Assembly (NCBI GenBank): GCA_040401975.1
Contig: JBBANL010000009.1
Span: 8,257-72,256, forward strand
Reading direction: 5' to 3'
Source of the DNA: Ilumatobacteraceae bacterium
GTDB lineage: Bacteria > Actinomycetota > Acidimicrobiia > Acidimicrobiales > Ilumatobacteraceae
DNA: 64,000 nt
Shown: one piece after another, positions 38,255 to 48,103 of the stretch
Layout: the number at the start of each line of letters is the position of its first letter
How positions within the stretch are numbered: position 1 is the first letter of the stretch
The notes under the pieces: generated by a model
Database searches by the model: none
The model's input: the letters and a program-made list of their open reading frames with translations, nothing else
What the model was told of the DNA's origin: nothing
Program-made: the position numbers and the translations under genes

Positions 38255-39729
38255 GCGAGAAGAGTACCCGAGGCGTCGAGACGCACGGTCCTGCCGACCC
38301 ATTCGTTTTCGCACATGTCGCGACCGACATCTGCATCGGTGGTGTCTGCCCACGCGCGTCGGCCGTCGGTCAGCAGACACGACACGATGCTGCGTTCGGG
38401 CTGCCCATCGCGGTCGTGCATCACCGAGTACGCCTCGACCGTTGCGTCGCCGGCGGCATCGGCAGGCGAAGCGAGTGCACGACTGGGGAGCGCATCGATC
38501 TGTGCCTGCGGGTAGTCGTATGCGAAGTCGCGTGTCGGCGGCCGGGACGAATACACACCGAATGCATGTTTCGTCGTGTACCCGCCGTTTGCCCAGACGA
38601 GTCCGGTGACACCGACGCCGTCGCGCAGTTCGCGGGCAACGGTCGCAATCGCATGCATCACGTAGTTGTTCCACGGCCCGCCGGCGAACGGCAGGCCCCC
38701 GGTTCGCGTCAACTGCGACATGATGTCGAGCCCGAGCGACTTCGCACCGAGTTGCACCGCCGACGGGAAACATGAGTACAAGTCGACGATGTCGATGTCG
38801 TCGATGGTGAGTCCCGCGAGTTCCAGCACGCGGCGCCCCGCAAGTTCGATGGCGGGAGTGTCGTAGAAGTGCTGGCGGTGAGAGACGTACGCATGCTCGT
38901 GTGCGTCGCTGCCCGAATGGGGAAAGATCCATCGGCCCCGCGGCACTCCCATCAGTTCGGCTTTTTCCGCCGAACAGAGCAGCAATGCCGCCGCCATGTC
39001 GACATCGTTGTTCGAGTTCATGTACTTCGTGTACGGGAAACCGACCATGCGGTTCAGAGGCGTCGGTGTGCGGATCTCCTCGGGTGAGCGTTCTTCGCGC
39101 GACCACGCATACGGGTTCCGGGCCGCAACCTGACTGAAACGCGACCACAGCTCGCTGATGTGCCTCTGGTGTTCGTCGATGCCTCGACCTGCGTGTGCCC
39201 GCAGTGCCGTCTCGAACATCGGATAGATCTGAATCGGCATCACGATCTTGCGGTCGATCTCTTCCTGCATGTTCATTCGCAGGTCTTCCGACACCAACAC
39301 CGGCACCGAGTCGGTGGTGCGCCAATCCGGTTCGATCCCCGCCTTTCGGTACCGCGCCCGGGTTCTGGTGGTTTCCCCTCCGGTGAGCATCACGAAGTCG
39401 ATGTCGCCCGACTGGATCTGTCTGCAGGCGGAATTCACGAGCGTCTGCGGCGTGTTGCCACCCATCGCCGAGTATCCGGTCTCGCGCGGGGAAACGCCGA
39501 GGTCGTTCGCGATGAGTTCGGCCGGATTGCCGTACTTCCACGAGAGCAGACTGACCACTCTTATTGCGTCGGGGTGGTGGGTCGCCACGGGAATGCCTGC
39601 GTCGTCGCACGCCAGTTGGATCGCCTCGACCATCAGGGCCACGGGGTCACGGGCATCGTCGAGTCCCCGGGCGCGCTGAACGACCTGCCCGGTGCCGATG
39701 AGGACAGGGGTACGTGGGTCAAGTGTCAT
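38251..39729 (-). CDS. Thiolase-like protein (acetyl-CoA acetyltransferase / lipid-transfer type)
   Basis: 492 aa. [23 protein letters not shown] contains the thiolase-type Cys. There is an extra C-terminal domain. Confidence 0.7.
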   Translation of the reverse strand: MTLDPRTPVLIGTGQVVQRARGLDDARDPVALMVEAIQLACDDAGIPVATHHPDAIRVVSLLSWKYGNPAELIANDLGVSPRETGYSAMGGNTPQTLVNSACRQIQSGDIDFVMLTGGETTRTRARYRKAGIEPDWRTTDSVPVLVSEDLRMNMQEEIDRKIVMPIQIYPMFETALRAHAGRGIDEHQRHISELWSRFSQVAARNPYAWSREERSPEEIRTPTPLNRMVGFPYTKYMNSNNDVDMAAALLLCSAEKAELMGVPRGRWIFPHSGSDAHEHAYVSHRQHFYDTPAIELAGRRVLELAGLTIDDIDIVDLYSCFPSAVQLGAKSLGLDIMSQLTRTGGLPFAGGPWNNYVMHAIATVARELRDGVGVTGLVWANGGYTTKHAFGVYSSRPPTRDFAYDYPQAQIDALPSRALASPADAAGDATVEAYSVMHDRDGQPERSIVSCLLTDGRRAWADTTDADVGRDMCENEWVGRTVRLDASGTLLA

Positions 39730-39778
39730 GTGTCAGACGCTAGGTCGTGTGTGCCGTGCCCCTACTACTCTGAAAGGA

Positions 39779-40234
39779 ATGTCACGCATCGCAATCGGCG
39801 CCGATCATGCCGGATACGTCCTGAAGCAGCATCTGATCGAGGTGCTCACGAACCAGGGACACGATGTCGACGACATCGGCACGCACTCGACGGAGAGTTG
39901 CGACTATCCGCCGATCTGTGCGGCGGTCGGTCGTCGCGTGCGCGACGGACAGGCCGACCTCGGCATCGTTCTCGGGGGAAGCGGGCAGGGGGAGCAACTC
40001 GCCGCGAACAAGGTGCACGGGGTCCGTGCCGCCCTGTGCAACGACCTGTACACCGCGCGCATGGCCCGTGCGCACAACAACGCGAACGTGCTGTCGATGG
40101 GCGCGAGGGTCGTCGGCGAAGGGCTCGCCGAGGAGATTCTCGCCACGTTCCTGTCGACGCCCTTCGAAGCCGGGCGCCACGAACGTCGGGTCGCGCAGTT
40201 GGCCGAGATCGAGCAACAAGAAGCGAGCAACTGA
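39779..40234 (+). CDS. rpiB: Ribose-5-phosphate isomerase B
   Basis: ATG 39779 ([13 protein letters not shown]...). [17 protein letters not shown] segment. Confidence 0.9.
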   Translation: MSRIAIGADHAGYVLKQHLIEVLTNQGHDVDDIGTHSTESCDYPPICAAVGRRVRDGQADLGIVLGGSGQGEQLAANKVHGVRAALCNDLYTARMARAHNNANVLSMGARVVGEGLAEEILATFLSTPFEAGRHERRVAQLAEIEQQEASN

Positions 40235-41490
40235 TGCCTTTCCCCTCAGACACGAACCCCGACTCGGAAGTTTTTGCGCTTCTCGAGAAGGAACGAATCC
40301 GTCAGACAACCGGACTGCAGCTCATTGCGAGCGAGAACTTCACGTCGCCGGCGGTGATGAAGGCCACCGGATCGATTCTCACCAACAAGTACAGCGAGGG
40401 CTACCCGGGAAAGCGCTACTACGGGGGCAACGTCAACGTCGACGAGATCGAGGCGCTCGCCATCTCGCGGGTGAAGGAACTGTTCGGTGCCGACCATGCG
40501 AACGTGCAGCCACACTCGGGTGCGAGCGCCAACATGTCGGTGTATCTCGGACTTCTGAAGCCGGGTGACACGATTCTCGGTCTGAGCCTCGATCATGGCG
40601 GGCATCTCACCCACGGATCTCCCGTGAACGCGAGCGGAATTCTGTACGACTTCAAGTCGTACGGAGTCACACCCGGTGACGAGCGCATCGATTTCGACAA
40701 CGTGCGCGAACTCGCCCTGAAGCACCGACCGAAGATGATCGTCGCCGGCACCACGAGTTACCCGCGCCGTCTCGACCCCGAACCGTTCAAGGCGATCGCC
40801 GACGAAGTGGGTGCACTCTTGATGTTCGACATCGCCCATCTGGCGGGTCTCGTTGCCGGTGGTGCGCATCCCAACCCGGTGCCGTACGCAGACGTGGTCA
40901 CGTTCACCACGCACAAGACTCTGCGTGGGCCACGAGGTGGCTGCATTCTGTCGAAGGCCGTGCACGCACAGGCAATCGACAAGGCCGTCTTCCCGGGAAG
41001 TCAGGGCGGGCCGCTCGAGCACGTGGTCGCGGCGAAGGCTGTTGCCTTCCGCGAGGCACTCGACCCCTCGTTCAAGGCGTATGCGCAGCAGATCGTGAAG
41101 AACGCGTCGGCACTTGCGTCGGCGCTCGCGAACGAGGGGTTCCGTCTCGTCAGCGGCGGCACCGACAACCACCTCATGGTGGTCGACCTTCGGCCGTTCG
41201 ATGCCGAGTGCACGGGCAAGGTTGCACAACTCGTGCTCGACGAAGCGGGCATCACCCTGAACAAGAACACGGTGCCCGACGACCCGCGCAGCCCGTTCGT
41301 GACCTCCGGTGTGCGCATCGGAACACCGAGCGTGACGACCCAGGGAATGACCGAGGCAGAGATGCCGGTGATTGCATCGTTGATTGCCGAAGCGCTGCGG
41401 CACCGCGAGGACACGGCCGCGATTGCGTCGGTTCGCGCAAAAGTCGCCGATCTGTGCATGCGTTTCCCTGTGTACCCGGAGCCCTTCTAG
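40234..41490 (+). CDS. glyA: Serine hydroxymethyltransferase
   Basis: ATG 40234 overlaps the rpiB stop (TGATG). [13 protein letters not shown] and [12 protein letters not shown] motifs. Confidence 0.95.
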   Translation: MPFPSDTNPDSEVFALLEKERIRQTTGLQLIASENFTSPAVMKATGSILTNKYSEGYPGKRYYGGNVNVDEIEALAISRVKELFGADHANVQPHSGASANMSVYLGLLKPGDTILGLSLDHGGHLTHGSPVNASGILYDFKSYGVTPGDERIDFDNVRELALKHRPKMIVAGTTSYPRRLDPEPFKAIADEVGALLMFDIAHLAGLVAGGAHPNPVPYADVVTFTTHKTLRGPRGGCILSKAVHAQAIDKAVFPGSQGGPLEHVVAAKAVAFREALDPSFKAYAQQIVKNASALASALANEGFRLVSGGTDNHLMVVDLRPFDAECTGKVAQLVLDEAGITLNKNTVPDDPRSPFVTSGVRIGTPSVTTQGMTEAEMPVIASLIAEALRHREDTAAIASVRAKVADLCMRFPVYPEPF

Positions 41491-41524
41491 GTCGGTCAGC
41501 CCGGTCTCCTAGGCTGACTCCGTA

Positions 41525-42664
41525 ATGGGGGACACCACCGGCTATCTCATCATCGGCGCGTGCGCCATGTTGGTGACTTTTGCGACCACGCCCCTCGTGA
41601 GGGCATTCGCACGCGCCAAGAACTGGGTGGCGATGCCGGGTGAGCGCAAGGTGCACACCGTTCCGACGCCCGATGTCGGTGGAATCGCGATGTTTGCCGG
41701 TGTCGTGGTTGCGCTCGCGCTTGCGTGGCAGATGGACCGGTTCAACGGACTGTTCGACGGCAACAGCGAATCTGTCGGGGTGCTGATGGGTGCGGCCCTC
41801 ATTCTTGTGGTGGGTGTCATCGACGACGTGCGCGACATCTCGGCGCCTGCACGCGTGGTGGCGGTGATCGCAACGGGAATGGTGCTCGTCTGGTTCGGCG
41901 TGACCATGTTCTACTTCCGCATTCCGTTTCTCGGCGTGCTGCAGTTGTCGAACGACTGGGTGCCGATCGTGACGGTGGTGTGGTTGTTGGCGATGACCCA
42001 GGCAGTGAACCTGATCGACGGGCTCGACGGGCTCGCCGCCGGAATCGTCGCCATCGGTTCGCTGGCGTTCTTCGTGTACTCGCGGCACCTGTCGGGTCTG
42101 GGGTTGTTGTCGGAGCCGAACATCGGGCCTCTGATCGCAATCATCACGGTGGGGGTGTGCCTCGGGTTTCTTCCGTTCAACTTCAACGGCGCGAGCATTT
42201 TCATGGGCGACGGAGGTGCATACCTGCTCGGTTTCCTCGTTGCGGTGTCGACGAGTGTCGTGGGTGGCCGTGCCGATCCGACGACCCAGGCGTTCAGCGG
42301 CCAGACGTACTTCTTTCTCGCGCCGATAGCGATTCCGTTGATCATTCTCGGTGTGCCGGTGTTCGACGTGTTGTTCGCGATAGTCCGTCGTGTCACGAAA
42401 CGCCAGGGTTTCGCAACGGCTGACAAGGGCCATTTGCATCATCGGTTGATTGCGTTGGGTCATGGTCCGCGCCGCGCAGTGGCGATTCTGTGGTTGTGGA
42501 CTGCGTTGTTGTCGGCATTCGTTCTGTACCCGGCGTTCAATCGCACCACGACGAACTACGCACCGTTCGGATTGCTCGGGCTCGTGTTGTTTCTGTACAC
42601 GGTTCTTCATCCTGATTTGCAGAAAACTAAAAAGGATGAAAGTCACCCACAAAAGTCCGTGTAA
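41525..42664 (+). CDS. wecA: Undecaprenyl-phosphate GlcNAc-1-phosphate transferase (MraY/WecA family)
   Basis: 379 aa, polytopic, with NLIDGLDGLAAG and FMGDGGAY motifs. Confidence 0.85.
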   Translation: MGDTTGYLIIGACAMLVTFATTPLVRAFARAKNWVAMPGERKVHTVPTPDVGGIAMFAGVVVALALAWQMDRFNGLFDGNSESVGVLMGAALILVVGVIDDVRDISAPARVVAVIATGMVLVWFGVTMFYFRIPFLGVLQLSNDWVPIVTVVWLLAMTQAVNLIDGLDGLAAGIVAIGSLAFFVYSRHLSGLGLLSEPNIGPLIAIITVGVCLGFLPFNFNGASIFMGDGGAYLLGFLVAVSTSVVGGRADPTTQAFSGQTYFFLAPIAIPLIILGVPVFDVLFAIVRRVTKRQGFATADKGHLHHRLIALGHGPRRAVAILWLWTALLSAFVLYPAFNRTTTNYAPFGLLGLVLFLYTVLHPDLQKTKKDESHPQKSV

Positions 42665-42702
42665 GTACAAACGTTTCGTGACATCTTCGTTACGTTCGTT
42701 TC

Positions 42703-43773
42703 ATGAGCAGTCAAGTCCAGTCAGACAAGGCACTGCACGGAATCTCGTCCGACCAACTCGCTGCTCTCCTGCGCGATCTCGACGAACAAGTTTCGATCTG
42801 TGAACCGATCTTCGACGAGTTCGGGTCGATCGTCGATGCCCAGCTTGTGTGGTGGAACCATGCATACGCGAAGACACGACGCGACGAGGTCACGGAAGGG
42901 CAACGACTGAGTGACATCTGCGTGTACCCCGATTCGGCGATTTCTCATCTGGTGGTTGCGTGGGATCACGGCCAGTCGTTCCAGACGATTTCGATCACTT
43001 CGACGATGAACAAGCGCTACAAGGAGATCGATTCGCTCATCGACGAGGACATCTGGTGCCGCTGGCAGCGCATCGGCGATGCGGTGATCACGATCAGTCC
43101 GGACCTCACCGGGTACCGCGAACTTCAGACCCTGCAGAGCAGCCATCAATCGCAACTCGCGATTGCCGGGAAAAAGCGTGCCATGGCCGTCGAGCGCGAG
43201 AGAATCGCGCGAAGCCTGCACGACACGGTCATTCAGAATCTGTACGCAACGTCTCTCGCGTTGTCGATGTCGTTGCGCAAGGCGACACACGAACACGCCC
43301 GGGCCATCACAACCGCGATCGACTCGATTGCAGATGTGATCGCCGAGATCAGGAACGAGATTTTCGACATCGAATCGAAGAGATCCTCACCGATCAGACT
43401 GCAGATCGAGGATTCCTTGATGCCGGTGCTCGTGCCCACGCACACGGACCTGGCGTTGACGATCAGCATTCCCGACCCGTCGGCCGAAATCGCCCGGCAT
43501 CTGCGGGCAGTGTGCACCGAGGCGGCGTCGAACGCGGTCAGGCACGGCAACGCGAAGGTGGTGTCGATCGACATCGCCTGCGATTCGGGGAACCTTGTCG
43601 TCAAGATTCACGACGACGGGCACGGAATCTCGCAGCATGCAGTGCTGCACAACGGTCTCAACAACATGCGCGATCGCGCCGAGTCACTTGGAGGAAACAT
43701 GACAATCACATCATCAGACAGCGAGGGAACCACGGTGACGTGGAGCGTTCCGGGTGCGGGGTGCAGCGCATGA
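42703..43773 (+). CDS. Cytoplasmic sensor histidine kinase (PAS-like N-terminus, HisKA_3, HATPase)
   Basis: 356 aa with no hydrophobic segments. H-box ERERIARSLHDTVIQ and an N-box EAASNAVRHGNA. Confidence 0.85.
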   Translation: MSSQVQSDKALHGISSDQLAALLRDLDEQVSICEPIFDEFGSIVDAQLVWWNHAYAKTRRDEVTEGQRLSDICVYPDSAISHLVVAWDHGQSFQTISITSTMNKRYKEIDSLIDEDIWCRWQRIGDAVITISPDLTGYRELQTLQSSHQSQLAIAGKKRAMAVERERIARSLHDTVIQNLYATSLALSMSLRKATHEHARAITTAIDSIADVIAEIRNEIFDIESKRSSPIRLQIEDSLMPVLVPTHTDLALTISIPDPSAEIARHLRAVCTEAASNAVRHGNAKVVSIDIACDSGNLVVKIHDDGHGISQHAVLHNGLNNMRDRAESLGGNMTITSSDSEGTTVTWSVPGAGCSA

Positions 43774-44408
43774 TCCGGGTGGCCATTTGCGACGACCACG
43801 TGATGGTGCGCGAGGCACTCGCAGACGTGATCAATCACGAAGTCGACGTGACGGTGATCGGCATCTCCGATTCGATGTCGTCGACGAAACGTCTAGTTGA
43901 CATCGAGGCCCCTGAGGTCCTGGTGATGGATGTTCGGTTGCAGAACGAATCGGGCCTGGATGTCGCCCGTTCGGTGGTGGTCGACCACCCGGAGACAAAG
44001 GTGATCATGCTGACCTCGTTCGATTCAGACGAGGCGCTGGTGTCGGCGTACGAACTCGGCGCGAGTGCGTTCATGTTGAAGTCCGGAACGGCGGACGGTC
44101 TCGTGCGAACGATTCGCGACGTTGCATCAGGTGTGCGTCTGATCAACCCTGCCGAGGTGCGCAATGCGGCGGAGTCGCTCGAGAAGCGGGGTCTCGGCGC
44201 CCTGAGAAAGCTCGACGCAAACGACAGACACATCGCCCGGCTCATCTCGCTCGGGTATTCCGACAAGCAGATCGCCGAGACCGTGTATCTCGGCCTCCAG
44301 ACGGTGAGAAACCGTGTGTCCCGCATGCTCTCGCGATTCGGCAAGGAGAACCGCACGCAACTGGCGTTGTTTTTCTCCGAGTATCAATCTGAAATCTCCG
44401 ACATGTGA
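43770..44408 (+). CDS. NarL/LuxR-family response regulator
   Basis: ATG 43770 overlaps the kinase stop (ATGA). MIRVAICDDH...VLVMDVRL receiver and a C-terminal LuxR HTH (SDKQIAETVYLGLQTVRNRV). Confidence 0.9.
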   Translation: MIRVAICDDHVMVREALADVINHEVDVTVIGISDSMSSTKRLVDIEAPEVLVMDVRLQNESGLDVARSVVVDHPETKVIMLTSFDSDEALVSAYELGASAFMLKSGTADGLVRTIRDVASGVRLINPAEVRNAAESLEKRGLGALRKLDANDRHIARLISLGYSDKQIAETVYLGLQTVRNRVSRMLSRFGKENRTQLALFFSEYQSEISDM

Positions 44409-44451
44409 TCGACGGGGCGGGGCCCTGTGACAAGAGTTCGCAGTCGTCGGT

Positions 44452-44480
44452 TTGACCGATTTCCGGTGTGCGCCTAGATT
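44452..44480 (+). promoter_or_regulatory. Candidate housekeeping promoter of the atp operon (TTGACC-17 nt-TAGATT)
   Basis: Read directly. The -10 element ends 54 nt upstream of the first atp-operon start at 44535. Confidence 0.5.
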
Positions 44481-44534
44481 GTGGATAGTTTCACAAAGTC
44501 CTGGAAGACCCAGGCTGTCTGAAGGTGCCCCCGT

Positions 44535-44795
44535 TTGAAGTTCTTGCCGAAGCCGAAGCCGATTGCGCTCGACTCGGGTGTGTCGCAGGGCGCAGAACTC
44601 GCCGGCGGGATCGTGGTGTTCTTCCTCATCGGCTTCGGTCTCGACATCGCGCTCGACACAACTCCGGTCTTCATGATCGTTCTCACGGTGTTCGCTGTGG
44701 TCGGTCAATTCGTGAAGATGTACTACTCCTACTCGAGTGCCATGCGTCACCTCGAGGAAGAGCGGGCAGCGTCTGCGCGTGGGGAGAGTCGATGA
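44535..44795 (+). CDS. AtpZ/AtpI-family small membrane protein
   Basis: 86 aa. TTG start behind GAAGGTG. Two hydrophobic helices. It is the first gene of the atp operon. Confidence 0.65.
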   Translation: MKFLPKPKPIALDSGVSQGAELAGGIVVFFLIGFGLDIALDTTPVFMIVLTVFAVVGQFVKMYYSYSSAMRHLEEERAASARGESR

Positions 44796-45277
44796 ACTCG
44801 ACACCGTCGCCCCTCGCAATGGCCGCTCAGGGTCTCGCCCCGGAGGTCACGGTGTCACGCGACATCATCAAGCGCGGTCTCATGGTGGCCCCTGCGGTGA
44901 TGGTCATCGGGGGCATCATCTGGGGTGTCAACGGTGCCTGGTCGTCCGGGCTCGGATTGGCGATTGTCCTTGTGAACTTTGGGCTTGCGGCAGCGCTCAT
45001 CTCGTGGGCCGCCCCCATTTCGCTCGCGCTGATGATGGGTGTCAGCCTCTTCGGCTACCTCATCCGGCTCGGTCTCATTGCGCTGGCGGTGTTCCTCGTG
45101 CGTGACGTGACGTGGGTGTCTCTCCCGGCCCTCGGGATCACCCTCATCGTCTCCCATCTCGGGCTCCTGTTCTGGGAGATGAAGTTCATCGCCGCCTCAC
45201 TTGCATTTCCGGGACTGCGTCCCAATAAGACAGAATGGGTGCCGTCCGGCGCCGCTGAGAAACCCCTGAAGGACTGA
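44792..45277 (+). CDS. atpI: ATP synthase protein I-like membrane protein
   Basis: ATG 44792 overlaps the upstream stop (ATGA). About four hydrophobic helices. It precedes atpB. Confidence 0.6.
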   Translation: MNSTPSPLAMAAQGLAPEVTVSRDIIKRGLMVAPAVMVIGGIIWGVNGAWSSGLGLAIVLVNFGLAAALISWAAPISLALMMGVSLFGYLIRLGLIALAVFLVRDVTWVSLPALGITLIVSHLGLLFWEMKFIAASLAFPGLRPNKTEWVPSGAAEKPLKD

Positions 45278-45280
45278 ATC

Positions 45281-46039
45281 GTGATTGCCCTCGAGTTCCC
45301 AGAAATCAACTCAATCCTCCGATGGAAAGACATCTTTCCCGGGTTCAACAAGATCGCGCTCATCGCAGTGCTGGCTGTCGTCATCAGCACGGTCATCTTC
45401 CTTCTTGCTGTTCGTCAGGACCACAAGGAAGCACCGCGCGGCATCCGCAACTTCGCCGAGACAATCGTCGAGTTCATCGAGAACGGGGTCGTGATGCAGA
45501 CCATGGGCAAGGACGGTCTCGCGTGGACTCCTTTCCTTCTCACCATGTTCCTCTTCATCTACCTGTGCAACGTTCCCGGCATCATCCCGTTCTTCCAGAT
45601 GCCGGCAACCGCGCGCATGGCGGTGCCGTTGTTCCTCGCATTGATGGTGTGGGTCATCTACAACGTGACCGGCATCAAGCACCAGGGGGTCGGCGGCTAT
45701 TTCAAGAGCACGCTGTTCCCGCCGGGAGTGCCGAAGGCTCTCTACATTCTCGTGACGCCGATCGAGTTCATCTCGGCGATCATCGTGCGCCCGTTCTCGC
45801 TGGCCGTTCGTCTCTTTGCGAACATGATGGCCGGTCACATTCTTCTCGTCACGTTCGCGCTTCTCTCCGAAGCGTTGTTCCAGGCGAAAGACAAAGTGCT
45901 GATTCCGGTCGGAATCCTGCCTTTCTTCATGCTCATCTTCCTCACCTCGTTCGAGGTGCTGGTGGCATTCCTGCAGGCATACATCTTCGCGATGCTCACC
46001 GCCGTGTACATCGGTGGCGCAACGCACCCAGAGCACTGA
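45281..46039 (+). CDS. atpB: F0F1 ATP synthase subunit a
   Basis: 252 aa. LAVRLFANMMAGH contains the conserved Arg. Confidence 0.95.
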   Translation: MIALEFPEINSILRWKDIFPGFNKIALIAVLAVVISTVIFLLAVRQDHKEAPRGIRNFAETIVEFIENGVVMQTMGKDGLAWTPFLLTMFLFIYLCNVPGIIPFFQMPATARMAVPLFLALMVWVIYNVTGIKHQGVGGYFKSTLFPPGVPKALYILVTPIEFISAIIVRPFSLAVRLFANMMAGHILLVTFALLSEALFQAKDKVLIPVGILPFFMLIFLTSFEVLVAFLQAYIFAMLTAVYIGGATHPEH

Positions 46040-46357
<318 letters not shown>

Positions 46358-46416
46358 TCCGCGACTGAGTCCACGTTCACAATCGATCTCCGTTTTTGCG
46401 GAGTCCAGGAGCTGAA

Positions 46417-47007
46417 ATGCCGACTGCGATAGTCAACCAATCGAACGGACACCTTGTCCGGGTTCAACTCGTCTCCGCCGAGGGGGGCGAGTCAACGACC
46501 GAGGTCAAGACCGCGCCGAACCCGATTGCACCGGAAACAAAGGAACTGGCATGGGCCGGCGGATCATTCATTGTTCTGTTCGTCATCCTTCGCTACTTCC
46601 TGTTCCCCAAGCTGAAGAAGGGGATGGACGCCCGATACGCCGACATTCGCGGAAACATCGAGGGGGCCGACCAGGTGAAGATGGCCGCTCAGTCAGATGT
46701 CGCCGAATACGAAAAGGCTCTCGCGGCGGCACGTGCCGAGGCGGCAGCCCGCATCGATGCGGCGCGTCAGACCGTCGACAGCGAGCGCACCGCGCAGTTG
46801 GCACAGGTCAACTCGCGCATCGCCGCGGCACGGGCAGAGGCCGACCAGCAGACATCAGCGGCACGCGAGGCGGCCAAGGGTGAAGTCGCCGCGGCAGTTG
46901 CACAAGTTGCGTCGAAGGCCGCCGAGTTGGCGTCCGGTCGCACTCCTGATGCATCAGTTGTCCAGGCAGCAGTTGCTGCCGCCATGCAAAGCGCAGGTTC
47001 ACGATGA
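46417..47007 (+). CDS. atpF: F0F1 ATP synthase subunit b-type (first of two; b-prime-like)
   Basis: ATG 46417 lies 6 nt after AGGAG (track start 46396). One TM helix, then an Ala/Glu/Arg-rich coiled coil. Confidence 0.75.
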   Translation: MPTAIVNQSNGHLVRVQLVSAEGGESTTEVKTAPNPIAPETKELAWAGGSFIVLFVILRYFLFPKLKKGMDARYADIRGNIEGADQVKMAAQSDVAEYEKALAAARAEAAARIDAARQTVDSERTAQLAQVNSRIAAARAEADQQTSAAREAAKGEVAAAVAQVASKAAELASGRTPDASVVQAAVAAAMQSAGSR

Positions 47008-47555
47008 ACTCCTTCCTTGCAGTTGTCATCGCCGCCGGCGGCGAGTTGACCTACGAGACGCACCACTGGTTGCTTCCCGAGACCGCAGAGATCATCTACG
47101 GCGGTCTCGCATCGGTGCTCGTCATTGCAGCGCTCGTGAAGTTCGCCGGACCGATGATCAAGAAGTCGCTCGGCGACCGCACCGCGCGCATCCAGGCAGA
47201 CATCGACAGCGCCAAGGCAACCCGCGACGCTGCAGAGGTCGAAGCCGGCAGAATCCGCACCGCACTCGGCGACATCACGTCGGAGCGCGCGCGTCTTCTC
47301 GCCGAGGCAGATTCTCAGGCAGCCGCGGTCATCGCAGACGGTCGTGCCCGCATCGCCGCCGAGATGGCCGACATCGAAGCAAAGGCAATGGCAGACATCG
47401 CCAACGCCGCCGGTCGCGTACGCGAGGAACTCGAGTCCGACATCAAGCGTCTCTCGCGCATCGCCGTCGAGCAGGTCGTTGCAAACGCGGTGAACGACAC
47501 CGTGCGTCAGGACCTCATCGAGAACTTCATCACGAACGTGGGGGCCGCACGATGA
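47004..47555 (+). CDS. atpF: F0F1 ATP synthase subunit b
   Basis: 183 aa. N-terminal TM helix plus a coiled coil. Overlaps the neighbouring genes by 4 nt. Confidence 0.85.
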   Translation: MNSFLAVVIAAGGELTYETHHWLLPETAEIIYGGLASVLVIAALVKFAGPMIKKSLGDRTARIQADIDSAKATRDAAEVEAGRIRTALGDITSERARLLAEADSQAAAVIADGRARIAAEMADIEAKAMADIANAAGRVREELESDIKRLSRIAVEQVVANAVNDTVRQDLIENFITNVGAAR

Positions 47556-48079
47556 GCACCGCAACAATCGACGCATTCGTCGAATCAATCGTCAACATCG
47601 CAGAGGCAGAGGGCGTTCTCGCTCAGGTCGAGTCCGAGTTCTCCAGCGTTGTCCGCACCATCGATTCAAGCGACGACCTGCGCAGCAAGCTGAACGACGA
47701 ACTTCTCCCCGCAGACGTTCGTCGCCAGATCGTCGAGAACCTCCTCGAAGGCAAGGCGCACCGCCTCACGACCCAATTGATCGCTCTCGTGATCGGCTCG
47801 GGTCATTCGCGCAATCTTCGGGCCATCGCCGAGCGCGTCAGCAGCAAGGTCGCCCAGGGTTCCGGCCGCCAGGTCGCAGAAGTGCGCAGTGCGGTGGCAT
47901 TGTCCGACGACCAGCAGCGCCGCCTCGCCGACGCCCTGAAGAAGGCCACGGGTTCGGAAGTGAACCTGAAGGTCATCGTCGACCCATCGGTGGTCGGCGG
48001 TCTCGTCGCCACCGTCGGCGACAAGGTGATCGACGGATCAGTACGTAACCGACTCGACCAGCTGAAGAGCCGGTTGTAA
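47552..48079 (+). CDS. atpH: F0F1 ATP synthase subunit delta
   Basis: ATG 47552 overlaps the b stop (ATGA). OSCP/delta pattern ...VDPSVVGGLVATVGDKVIDGSVRNRL. Confidence 0.9.
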   Translation: MSTATIDAFVESIVNIAEAEGVLAQVESEFSSVVRTIDSSDDLRSKLNDELLPADVRRQIVENLLEGKAHRLTTQLIALVIGSGHSRNLRAIAERVSSKVAQGSGRQVAEVRSAVALSDDQQRRLADALKKATGSEVNLKVIVDPSVVGGLVATVGDKVIDGSVRNRLDQLKSRL

Positions 48080-48103
48080 AGAATTTCGCGAAAGAAGGAA
48101 GAC

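Noticed and set aside
38255-39610. N-terminal 450 aa of the 1138-aa track ORF 36194..39610 (-)
   Set aside because: This part overlaps the thiolase-like gene in another frame and is Arg-rich nonsense. The peptidase homology begins at the GTG at 38254, which overlaps the thiolase stop.
39160-40233. Upstream 358 aa of the 776-aa track ORF ending as glyA, and likewise the upstream part of 49946..52060 ending as atpD
   Set aside because: These parts overlap rpiB and the thiolase gene (or atpG) out of frame. Conserved SHMT and beta-subunit N-termini begin at the ATGs at 40234 and 50630.
46358-46416. Hairpin CTCCG-TTTTTG-CGGAG after atpE, and GTCAGCC-10 nt-GGCTGAC after glyA (about 41497..41520), considered as terminators
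   Set aside because: The stems are only 5-7 bp with no following T-tract, and both lie inside apparent operons. At most they are weak processing or attenuation sites, not reportable terminators.
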